Origin: Octopus bimaculoides
Lineage: Eukaryota
Direction: 5' to 3'
Assembly: GCF_001194135.2 (NCBI RefSeq)
Contig: NC_068998.1
Coordinates: 16,363,597 to 16,415,208 of the forward strand
Length of the DNA: 51,612 nt
Position numbers and translations under genes: made by a program. Position 1 is the stretch's first letter, and each line of letters begins with the position of its first letter. The notes beneath the pieces are model-generated. The model was not told where the DNA came from, searched no databases, and worked only from the letters and a program-made list of their open reading frames with translations. This document shows positions 40,176 through 46,591 of this stretch, piece after piece.

Positions 40176-43100
40176 TTTATTTAAAAGCAGCAGAAATATA
40201 ATAAAAGACTGTTACTCGGAATTTCACGTTCCCGTTCATCGGACAGTTTTGTTATATTTCTGCTGCTTTTAAATAAAGCATATTACTCTACCTCTGGTAT
40301 TTGAGTACTCTTTTTTCCACCTTGTTGCACATTTATGTGCTTACTCCGGTATATATATATATATATATGTGTTATCATTACTAATTGTAACTTAGGGTGC
40401 CAAAGCACCTACGTTGCAAGAAATAAGAGCTAAAAACTCTTAATATTGTAAGAAGCGTGCAATATACATATACTGACAAGGGAGATATTTAGCCCATGAG
40501 CATCTCGAGGGGGTCAATAAAATAAGGACCAGTTGAATACTGGGGTCAATGTAACTGATTTGCCTCTTTCCTAAAACTGCTGACTGTGCCAAAATTTCAA
40601 ACTACTATATGAATGAATGCATGTATGTATGTATGTGTGACATGCAAATTAGAGAGTTGCATCTCCCACTAAGAACCCAAGTTCAACCATGCTTTGCTCC
40701 AGCTGGGTTGGTTTCCATCCTGTTGCGCCAATAATAATAGGTATGAAACTGAAAGTGTATCTTGGGTACTAGATTTGCAAACTCCTTATAAATGGTCCAT
40801 AGACATTTTCTTTCTCCTGTATTTTCTGACCCCACTGGTGTCCAGAGAGCAGCTGGTTTTCACAACAGAGCATATTTTTTCTTGACACCCCATACAATAT
40901 CTAGCCAATTATGTTTTAACTTGGTGGCTTTAATTTATAAGCTCCACCAAAATTCCTTTGACCCATGTGTCTCAATATAGTCAATTTTATCAGTATTTTC
41001 TTTCTTATCTGGTTCCAAACTGTTCTGGCCACCACATCATGTCTCATGGAAAGATAATATCTTGAAGACACTCTCTGGCAGTTGGCAATAATTTAGTTGA
41101 TGCTACCAGTTTTAGAATTGCACAGCCTACATTTGTTGTCAGTCGATGTTTGCTACTTTTTATGCTGTATGTATGTATGTATGTATGTATGTATGTGTGT
41201 GTGTAGGCATGTGTATATGTATGTATGTATGTACGTATGCATGAATGTATGCATGCATGTATCTATGTATGTAGGCATATGTATGTATGCATGTGTGTAT
41301 GCATGCATGTGTATGTATGTATGTATGTATGTACATATGCATGTGTGCGTATGTATGTGTGTGTATATGTACGTATGTGTGTGTATGTCTGTACGTGTAT
41401 GTGTGGGTCTGTATGTGTATGTATGTATGTGTGTGTGTAGGCATGTGTATATGTATGTATGTACGTATGCATGAATGTATGCATGCATGTGTGTATGTAT
41501 GTAGGCATATGTATTTATGCATGTGTATGCATGCATGTGTATGTATGTATGTATGTATGTACATATGCATGTGTGTGTATGTATGNNNNNNNNNNNNNNN
41601 NNNNNNNNNNNNNNNNNNNNNNNNNNNNNNNNNNNNNNNNNNNNNNNNNNNNNNNNNNNNNNNNNNNNNNNNNNNNNNNNNNNNNNNNNNNNNNNNNNNN
41701 NNNNNNNNNNNNNNNNNNNNNNNNNNNNNNNNNNNNNNNNNNNNNNNNNNNNNNNNNNNNNNNNNNNNNNNNNNNNNNNNNNNNNNNNNNNNNNNNNNNN
41801 NNNNNNNNNNNNNNNNNNNNNNNNNNNNNNNNNNNNNNNNNNNNNNNNNNNNNNNNNNNNNNNNNNNNNNNNNNNNNNNNNNNNNNNNNNNNNNNNNNNN
41901 NNNNNNNNNNNNNNNNNNNNNNNNNNNNNNNNNNNNNNNNNNNNNNNNNNNNNNNNNNNNNNNNNNNNNNNNNNNNNNNNNNNNNNNNNNNNNNNNNNNN
42001 NNNNNNNNNNNNNNNNNNNNNNNNNNNNNNNNNNNNNNNNNNNNNNNNNNNNNNNNNNNNNNNNNNNNNNNNNNNNNNNNNNNNNNNNNNNNNNNNNNNN
42101 NNNNNNNNNNNNNNNNNNNNNNNNNNNNNNNNNNNNNNNNNNNNNNNNNNNNNNNNNNNNNNNNNNNNNNNNNNNNNNNNNNNNNNNNNNNNNNNNNNNN
42201 NNNNNNNNNNNNNNNNNNNNNTATGCTAGAAGAATAAGGCGAAGAGATGGGTAAAGTATGAGAGAAAAGGGGCAGAGAAGAACAGGTTTCGTGCAGTACA
42301 GAAGATGTGACAACTCATATTTTAGGAGAGAAAGTGAGAGTGATCAAGTGGAGCCAAAAAGCAACAAAAAAAGAAAAATATATGACAAACACTACATGTA
42401 TAAAAGTACTGAGAACATGTTGTTACACTACATGACAACACTAATGAGACTAGATAACAGCACACTACATTAGCGCATGACTTAACTCTACATCACATAA
42501 CACTGTGCTACATGGTTGAATACTACACGTCATAATACTACACATAATACTACATGTCATAATACTACACATCATAATACTACATGTCATAATATTACAC
42601 ATCATAATACTACATGTCATAATACTACACATCATAATAGTACACGTCATAATACTACACATCATAATACTACATGTCATAATACTACACATCATAATAC
42701 TACATGTCATAATACTACATTTGCCATGAGACTACACATGCCATAATACTACACTACATGACATAACACTATAGTACACAATAGTACTACATGTGACAAA
42801 ACACTATGCTAATACACAGCACCACACAAATTTTACTAGACATTACATGGTGTAACACGACATGACATTCCACTACACTACATGGACTAGCAAGAAGCCG
42901 CTATATGGTTGCTCAATCTGCCGGAAAGAATAGTCAAATCTCCCTTAAATTACACCTTGCTAGTTGAAAAAAAAAGGAAAAGATACATTGGATAATGTAG
43001 TCCAAGATGTACAATGTCTGAAGTAAAATATGAAAAGGCCATGGCGGGAATGTCTATGACAATAGTTCTACTCTATCAGGGCTAAATGATAATAGTAATA

Positions 43101-45084
43101 CCAACAACTCTAGACAACATCATACCAACTTAACTACAATACACTGGAAGCCTCTACATGGTCTCTTGAACTGCTAGAAATAGCAGCCAAATCTCCTTCA
43201 AATCACTTCCAACAACCTAAAATAAAGAAAGGACGCATAGAATAATGTAATTCTAAATATTCCTTTAAAAAGACAAGGTGATCATGGCTGGAAGGCCTTT
43301 AAGCCTTGGTCATCTCAATCAAGGTTGACCTGGGCTAAATAACAACAATACAGACAATTTATATTACATCACACCCAACTATGCTATATATCGTATTTGG
43401 TAACATAAAATATGCATGGGTATTACTAGATGCTCCCCAATTTCAGCATCGTATATTCAGGAAAAAAAGTTTTCAGTGCATTACAGGATGTAATATAGGC
43501 CCAACTGTGCATATAGGACTTGGGGTAAGTTTTTTGAGACATCTTTTAGGGAAAAAAGTGTGTTTTATAATGCCATCAAATATAATATTATGCAAACCAA
43601 TGAAGGGAGCTTCTAAGTGATCATACAACATGCTAGAAGTAGCAGCCAAATCTCTCACAGTTTACACCAGGCCATCTTAGACAAAGAACAACACATTGGA
43701 TTGTGCAGTTCATGATATATTGTGTTTGAAAATAAGATGGGGATAGCCATGGCTGGATCACTGTTATATATTTGTTCAGGAAGGATAAACCTGGAGTTAA
43801 ACAACAAGGACATACTGGATAACATTGCTTAAATCAACAATGTAGCTGCTATGCAGTTTCTCAATTCACTAGAAATAGCAGCTAAACCTCTCTCAATTAA
43901 GAAAAAGAAGGACACATTAAATGAGGTGGTTCTAGACACACTAGGGGGTTGGTTACGGTTACTTACAGAGCACCTTTTATCAAGGTTCTGTTTGATCAGA
44001 GTTGAGGTAACCTTGGGTTAAACTGTAACACCAACAACAACATCACCACACCACTCAACTACAACAACAACAACTTAACATGACACTGCATTGCAATTGC
44101 TCTACAGTGCTACTACCAACCAAAGTAACACTACAACACTAACACATTGCCAAAACAACAACACTCCACTATCAACACTGTACTATAATATACAATTACA
44201 CCACCACAATACCAACAACACTGTACTATACTACCTCAACTACCACCACCATTGTCTTATATGACCACAACTACCAGCACCACCACTACTACATTGTACT
44301 GTAGCTCTACTATAACTACACACTACACTACACCAACACTACTATATTGTACTATCACCACAACTTCACATCACACTATACTAACAACACTGTACTATAC
44401 TGCTACCCCCTATGCAGGGGTGGACTGAGCCATAGGTTAATCAGGCACTGCCCTAGGGCCCAGGGCTCTGAGGGGCCCCGCACTCTACATGTTAACTCTA
44501 CTGATATCAATGCTAAGGGGCCCGGTAAACAGTTATGCCCAAGGGCCCTTAATACTCTCAGTCTGCCCCTGCCCCAATGACATAGAACACTGTACTATGG
44601 TACCACACTATGTACTATGGTACCACACTAAGTACAGCCACAGCACTGTAGTATACTACCACCACAGCTGTAACTACAGTAGCTGTAGTATATTATACTA
44701 CCATAAACTGTACTATGCTACCACAACTGTACTGTACACCACCACTACACAAACAACACTATACTACCACTGCACACAACAACAAAAGCAACATACCACA
44801 GTGCTATACTAATTACAACAACTATACCACCACCACTACACCAACAACATTGTACTATGCCACCACCAACAACAACAACACTGTACTGTACTGCCAACCA
44901 TCACAACATACAACTCTAATATACCACAACAAACACTCTATTATACTACAACAACAACTGCAGCACCACTACTGCACCAATTGCAGTGTACTACGTACCA
45001 ATCTGAGACTGTATCGGTATGTTCACTCAACAGTAAAGGGGAGGCAGTACCAGAAGATTCTTCAGAAGTTATCAAAATTCCCAT
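1297..45084 (-). CDS. CCDC177: 13-exon gene model, 422-aa coiled-coil protein, CCDC177/CCDC185 (DUF4659)-like
   Basis: Exons joined by hand at GT-AG sites with matching phases. Lengths 86+166+189+114+54+126+32+108+103+101+109+53+28=1269 nt, ending in TAG. Motif LTPKDQKILDVMKSRRE..QRRQMLHHQWE resembles the recalled CCDC177/185 motif (S..D.KI..LML.R......W). The symbol is a family-level call from memory. Confidence 0.6.
1670..2005 (-). mobile_element. probable decayed LINE fragment
   Basis: Coding-like composition with stops in all frames; family not securely recognised. Confidence 0.3.
2020..2330 (+). mobile_element. tRNA-derived SINE family C
   Basis: tggctaagcggttagg head plus gtgtccttgagcagggcactt..ttgctccagtccact central module. 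Confidence 0.7.
2610..3480 (-). mobile_element. decayed mariner transposase
   Basis: N-terminal FKEGNTSLKDKSRSGR, LQHDGAQAYTA, and HPAYSPNLTPLDYHL (YSPDL motif). Confidence 0.85.
3745..3912 (-). mobile_element. SINE family A 5' half
   Basis: cagtttccatctacc..gaagacactcgtccaaggtgcc. Confidence 0.75.
3932..4150. mobile_element. mariner-type MITE
   Basis: Imperfect TIRs tgagggggtgttgtaaagttcctggctttagg / ccttaaagccagaaactgttcagccccaccctca in TA context. Confidence 0.75.
4160..4400 (-). mobile_element. RTE-like LINE 3' end fragment
   Basis: IAMDRTARRTDIHNGANSFEQDRMRR resembles the RTE C-terminal A.DR..WR..I..GA..FE..R motif. Confidence 0.55.
4440..5595 (-). mobile_element. decayed Penelope-like element (RT thumb, linker, GIY-YIG endonuclease)
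   Basis: Frameshifted peptides FLDIMLDLCTGSYKP..LYINATSCCPPILFKNL..ISKRISS, ILWF..HFLLNVKTCMGRSFLRLVEKHF, VYKTEV..IYTEMCRG, PYLNGSGCSKLCLIER match recalled PLE motifs. Confidence 0.85.
5717..5925 (+). mobile_element. old SINE family B variant
   Basis: aaggcagtgagttggcaaaacattag..gctgagttcaaattc..gttgataaaataagt. Confidence 0.7.
6021..6412 (+). mobile_element. tRNA-derived SINE family A
   Basis: Head ggtaagtagcttgc..ggttccgggttcagtc, internal (TA/TG)n, tail gactgaaacaagta; near-identical to other copies. Confidence 0.9.
6672..7076 (+). mobile_element. tRNA-derived SINE family B, partial dimer with 16-bp TSD
   Basis: ggcggtgagctggcagaatcgttagc..gttcaaattcc; second unit restarts at ggtatttcg (6903); TSD ataatgtatctaacaa at 6656-6671 and 7077-7092. 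Confidence 0.9.
7360..7630 (-). mobile_element. SINE-like family D
   Basis: Reverse complement of the 21545-21835 copy; older copies near 14820-15025, 27690-27900 and 38680-38830. Confidence 0.8.
7650..8030 (-). mobile_element. RTE-clade LINE 3' end fragment
   Basis: Peptide CGRRRPRKTLDKVVKVDLKI on the minus strand, like the end of the copy at 12985-13985. Confidence 0.65.
8204..8623 (+). mobile_element. tRNA-derived SINE family A (full length)
   Basis: aggcgcaggagtggctgtgtggtaagtagc... through ...gactgaaacaagtaaaag. Confidence 0.9.
8736..8788 (-). CDS. exon 12: SNQLGCTEWRNINLAGG(R)
   Basis: Acceptor taatttttttag, donor aag|gtaagt, 53 nt; only the phase-0 frame is open. Confidence 0.65.
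10530..10760 (-). mobile_element. SINE family C
   Basis: gagtggactggagcaatgtgaaatgaagtgttttgctcaagaacac; similar copy at 46745-46955. Confidence 0.7.
11658..12065. mobile_element. inverted pair of a tRNA-headed SINE-like element with Penelope-type hammerhead tail
   Basis: Left arm 11658-11847 (-) is the reverse complement of the sequence from 11904 onward. A/B boxes at 11848-11910. Hammerhead motifs at about 11711-11757 (-) and 11988-12030 (+). Flanking direct repeat AAGAATTAAGGCA at 11645-11657 and 12066-12078. Confidence 0.75.
12985..13985 (+). mobile_element. decayed RTE-clade LINE, RT C-terminal half
   Basis: LIYADDHILIAESVVELEIKFQVWKQNL..KTKVLVS, a Cys-rich finger, VDNFSYLGDLINSGGG, and a WY.HV..M motif, all with stops and frameshifts. 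Confidence 0.85.
15030..15760 (+). mobile_element. decayed Tc1/mariner-superfamily transposase
   Basis: QIIIVQE, EAHIYLSGCINKHNFCYW, NVSAIGPYLFE, FQ(L>Q)DGANAHT motifs across frameshifts. Confidence 0.75.
15766..15925 (+). mobile_element. SINE family A 5' half
   Basis: gtggtgaagaagcttgcttccc..ggaaactgaaagaa. Confidence 0.7.
16432..16875 (+). mobile_element. SINE family A head with alternative 3' module
   Basis: Family A head followed by cttgtcttgacatt..gttaacaacaggaagg module, also seen reversed near 9800-10060, 11175-11320 and 35160-35400. Confidence 0.6.
17307..17505. repeat. (GGAA)n/(GAAA)n compound microsatellite
   Basis: Read directly. Confidence 0.95.
18068..18115 (-). ncRNA. minimal type-I hammerhead ribozyme motif, intact core
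   Basis: UCACCA-CUGAUGA-U-GGGC(caaauu)GCCU-GAAA-C(caucca)G-UC/UGGUGA; 6-bp stem I. Confidence 0.7.
18286..18515 (+). mobile_element. SINE family B, full length with TSD
   Basis: TSD agaagatggtagaa (18272-18285) / agaagctggtagaa (18516-18529). Confidence 0.9.
18775..19203 (+). mobile_element. SINE family A, diverged
   Basis: ggcaccttgggcaagtgtc, internal TG repeat, tail gactaaaacaagtaaa. Confidence 0.75.
19345..19453 (-). CDS. exon 11: INRYLELWKEKTVEHLSEKEKRLEEIQAAREQQMNE
   Basis: Acceptor ctttatttcag, donor gag|gtgaat, 109 nt, phase 2->0; lies in ORF 19312..19542. Confidence 0.9.
20145..21095. mobile_element. hAT-like non-autonomous element interrupted by SINE pieces
   Basis: Ends ggttctcaacc... 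and ...gttgagaaccactg; family-A SINE fragments inside. Confidence 0.45.
21311..21411 (-). CDS. exon 10: QKVQTHTCSASMKAQKAREDRLHREISHASNMK(R)
   Basis: Acceptor ttcatctttcttacacag, donor ag|gtaagt, 101 nt, phase 0->2. Confidence 0.85.
21545..21835 (+). mobile_element. SINE-like family D with (GAT)n tail
   Basis: ggttggggttaggaagggcatccagc..catgctagcatggaaagcggacgttaaacgatgatg. Confidence 0.8.
21900..22002 (-). CDS. exon 9: KIFDKRLERSRNLKHQGEKEKCCGRKGVEELTEE
   Basis: Acceptor ttccgtctgtttcag, donor gag|gtatta, 103 nt, phase 2->0. Confidence 0.85.
22085..22470 (-). mobile_element. SINE family A, diverged
   Basis: Reverse-complement match to both head and tail. Confidence 0.75.
22921..23028 (-). 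CDS. exon 8: DVCESLSQVLAQQQGQVMGNLDKLNSERVALQKYK(R)
   Basis: Acceptor ctttctgttcggtttcag, donor cg|gtaaag, 108 nt, phase 2->2; only one frame is open. Confidence 0.85.
23472..23503 (-). CDS. exon 7 (micro-exon): WEKFHTSRIH(K)
   Basis: Weak acceptor aataattag, donor aa|gtatgt, 32 nt; supplies the required phase 0->2 bridge. Confidence 0.6.
24087..24317 (-). mobile_element. SINE family B nested in a family A copy
   Basis: TSD ttcattcagtttct / ttctttcagtttct. Confidence 0.9.
25715..25926. mobile_element. Tc1/mariner MITE with TA TSD and internal 85-bp duplication
   Basis: TIR cagggtgtccacaaagtttggg / cccaaactttgtggacaccctg, TA on both sides. Confidence 0.9.
26930..27630. repeat. 16-bp minisatellite spanning a gap
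   Basis: (aagacacacacactca)n on both sides of the N-run. Confidence 0.9.
28152..28277 (-). CDS. exon 6: EEKLQDLTQEEELMKKMLQEKQEMDIQRASQKKQTMVANSVA
   Basis: Acceptor atttatgtag, donor gct|gtaagt, 126 nt, phase 0->0. Confidence 0.9.
28490..28850. repeat. long polypurine (AAG/AAAAAG) tract
   Basis: Read directly; source of the Phe/Ser and Lys/Arg pseudo-ORFs. Confidence 0.9.
28955..29008 (-). CDS. exon 5: EEVRVRMSNRRKQKKKHQ
   Basis: Acceptor gtttgcag, donor cag|gtaagc, 54 nt, phase 0->0. Confidence 0.85.
29290..29500 (+). mobile_element. old SINE family B variant
   Basis: ctggcagaatcattagc..ttctgagttcaaattccactgagg. Confidence 0.7.
29655..29818 (+). mobile_element. SINE family A 5' half (runs into gap)
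   Basis: ggagtggctgtgtggtaagtagc...gaaagaagcccgtc. Confidence 0.9.
30370..30870 (-). mobile_element. RTE-clade LINE 3' fragment
   Basis: WYGHVLCLPLDHPTRALLSFD..GWKRPCRRLCTRWLDVIEEDLQRLN in ORF 30450..30869. Confidence 0.8.
31160..31379. mobile_element. piggyBac-type MITE
   Basis: TTAA|ccttttagcattt ... aaatgctagaggt|TTAA; a partial related copy lies near 27990-28110. Confidence 0.65.
31581..31694 (-). CDS. exon 4: EIWEEESKKLEDIDATTPADDGTMTHRSDQLLEELIKK
   Basis: Branch-point-like ctaat, acceptor gttttgaag, donor aag|gtcagt, 114 nt, phase 0->0. Confidence 0.85.
33242..33430 (-). CDS. exon 3: DQKILDVMKSRRENERACCQRRQMLHHQWEREK...ERNLN
   Basis: Acceptor ctgtacag, donor aat|gtaagt, 189 nt, phase 0->0; lies in ORF 33224..33454. 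Confidence 0.9.
33520..33920 (+). mobile_element. SINE family A with internal 11-bp tandem expansion
   Basis: Family A head and tail; (ccccagcatgg)x5 at 33837-33891. Confidence 0.8.
34483..34648 (-). CDS. exon 2: KSAAGSSLPSS...KGHLKLTPK (Ser-rich)
   Basis: Acceptor ttttttttttaatgtag, donor aag|gtgaga, 166 nt, phase 2->0, open frame. Confidence 0.85.
34915..35120 (-). mobile_element. old SINE family B variant
   Basis: gaaaggatgaaaggcaaagtagacc..gcattttgcctggcatgctaac. Confidence 0.7.
35408..35710 (-). mobile_element. Tc1 3' end with TIR
   Basis: WSSQSTDLNIIEHLWSILEKQVRS..IPLETIQTLYKSMPRRIEAVITAKGGPTPY*; TIR caggggttggacaagataatggaaacac. Confidence 0.85.
35715..37090. repeat. degenerate 24-bp minisatellite with higher-order units, split by a SINE
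   Basis: ggtgacaaggtcatc(a/t)tgactcca repeated many times, interspersed with tgaacatctacatgttcatattgaa. Confidence 0.85.
36561..36925 (-). mobile_element. SINE family A, 5'-truncated, inserted in minisatellite
   Basis: Reverse complement of family A; truncation at tgaac, which is shared with the minisatellite unit. Confidence 0.9.
37540..37830 (+). mobile_element. SINE family C
   Basis: gcatggcctagtggtcaggg..gttcttgagcaaaacactt; similar copy at 47675-47870. Confidence 0.7.
39257..39477. mobile_element. piggyBac-type MITE
   Basis: TTAA|cccttccgttacc ... ggtaacaaaaggg|TTAA. Confidence 0.8.
39820..40015 (-). mobile_element. old SINE family B variant
   Basis: ccctgaaaggatgaaagac..aactcagatc; similar fragment at 50360-50510. 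Confidence 0.6.
40175..40278 (-). ncRNA. hammerhead-like motif (CCGAUGA variant core) closing a ~36-bp hairpin
   Basis: ...aacugu-CCGAUGA-ACG(ggaa)CGU-GAAA-uuccgag-UA/acagu...; arms 40175-40212 and 40243-40278 are near-perfect complements. Confidence 0.55.
40690..41140 (-). mobile_element. RLE-type non-LTR retrotransposon 3' fragment (R4/Dong- or NeSL-like)
   Basis: KCRLC..I(H>stop)IIANC..Y.SMRHDVVA zinc knuckle and RHD motif, KHN.LDIV, and KIQEKENVYGP..FSFIPIIIGATG endonuclease tail across frames. Confidence 0.75.
41165..41585. repeat. compound (TATG/TGCA) microsatellite with longer-period duplication
   Basis: gtgtgtaggcatgtgtatatgtatg block at about 41200 and again at about 41435. Confidence 0.8.
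42525..42720. repeat. 15-bp minisatellite alternating two variants (30-bp higher order)
   Basis: cataatactacatgt alternating with cataatactacacat. Confidence 0.9.
42880..44040 (+). repeat. four head-to-tail copies of a ~200-bp interspersed repeat
   Basis: ctagaaatagcagccaaatctc..ggacacattggataatgtag..aacaacaa recurs near 42890, 43170, 43630 and 43870; reversed copy near 38870-39040. Confidence 0.6.
44415..44571. mobile_element. hAT MITE
   Basis: TIR caggggtggactgag / ctcagtctgcccctg; 8-bp TSD cccctatg / ccccaatg. Confidence 0.85.
44999..45084 (-). CDS. exon 1 (coding part): MGILITSEESSGTASPLLLSEHTDTVSD(W)
   Basis: aagATGG start with an in-frame upstream TAA; donor tg|gtacgt; phase-2 exit matches exon 2. 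Inferred from phase and donor only. Confidence 0.55.
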
Positions 45085-46199
45085 CTTCACTCTTTCTCTA
45101 TTTCTTTATCACCTTATAACGTTCCAGTTACTTTTACTTTCGGTTTCAGTAAGGTTTCTTAAATGGATTTTTTTGTTTTTGTTTTTGTTGTTGTTTTAAA
45201 TGTTCAGAATCTATATTTGTATGTGGTACACACGTGTGTATGTTGGGCAGTTCTATATGTGTACATGCATGTGTATATGTTGTCTACAAAAAAAAAATCG
45301 AAACAGTACTAATCGTTGTATGGAAACATGTGTGCGTAAATTTATAAATGCGTACGTATGTAAATGTATGCGTGTGTCTCTGTTTGTGCGTAATATACAC
45401 ACGCAATGTATGATGTGTGTGTGTATGAATATGTGCGTGTGGACACTAAATGAATGCGTGGAGGTAAGGGGTAAGGTAACAGGCGAAATTCTAAAGACTG
45501 AAGATTAGAATTTTGTTGATTAGATTATTCCAGTACATTCCATATTTCCAAAATTCTACGACGACCTTTACTTCAAGCACACAGCTATCCAAATTTAGTC
45601 CGTGTTATCCACTTGGCTGTCCACCTGTCCATATGTTGGTCACTCTATAGTCCAGTGTATCCAAGCATAGGGCCATTCTTGTCTGCTAATCAGCACCTGT
45701 CTTGTTCAGTCGACGTGACATGGCTATGTTTGCCGGTAGAACTGTCTGGAAGAAGAAACCAATCGCTAGAGTTGTTATTATTAAACGATTTTTATTTTCC
45801 TCTTTTTTCTCTTCTTCTTCTTCTTCTTCTTCTTGGTCATTCAGTATATCGAGCTGTTTCTTCTCTGTCCGTCAGTGCGTATATAAGTATGTGCGTATGT
45901 TTGTTTGTCTGCCGCCGGATCCAGCTGACATTTCACTTCGCCTTCTACTCGTTCTCTTCCTCCTCCTACTAATAATACTACTACTACTATCACCACTACT
46001 ACAAACACTATGATTACTCAAGACACGAGAGAGAAAGAGAAAGTGAGAGTCTCTACGTTGTCGCACGAAATAGCAGTCAAGTCCGTACTCAAATCACACT
46101 TCTCTACCACCTTAAATACACAAGGGACGAACACACATGCTTGACAATATAATGTATTCCTAGACATCATACCCTTAAAAAAAGGTAGGGGTGATTAGT

Positions 46200-46470
46200 G
46201 CTGGAAAGCTCGGCGAGAATTAACCTTGGGCTAAACAACAACAACGACTACTACTGCTACTACTACAACTGAGGAAATCACTAAGTGGTCACTTGACCTG
46301 CTAATAATAACAACCAAATTACCTTCAAACCATGCTTGCTTTGCTACCCATGTAGTTTTATGTTCAGTCACATTGCCTGGTACCTTGGGCAAATGTCTTC
46401 TATGATGCCAACCAAAACCTTGTGGACAAATTTGGTAGATGGAAACTGTGTAGAAGCCCACTGTATGTGT
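46200..46470 (-). mobile_element. SINE family A fragment
   Basis: ggtaccttgggcaaatgtcttcta..gatggaaactg (orientation and ends uncertain). Confidence 0.4.
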
Positions 46471-46543
46471 GTGTGTTAAATAAAATGAGACAACAAAGCC
46501 AAGGCAGTGTGAAATTTCTAGGACATTTATAAAGGGAAAGGTA

Positions 46544-46591
46544 GTCTTACAGCTGTTTCAGGGATATGAGGAATATCCCATCATCAGAGAC
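46544..46591 (-). ncRNA. minimal type-I hammerhead ribozyme motif, intact core
   Basis: GUCU-CUGAUGA-U-GGGAUA(uuccuca)UAUCCC-U-GAAA-CAGCUG-UA/AGAC; palindromic ACAGCUGU at stem III. Confidence 0.75.

Noticed and set aside
45702-46013. Plus-strand ORF starting MAMFAGRTVWKKKP, resembling a targeting peptide
   Set aside because: The remainder is translated (TTC)n/(CTA)n repeat; no splice or homology support.
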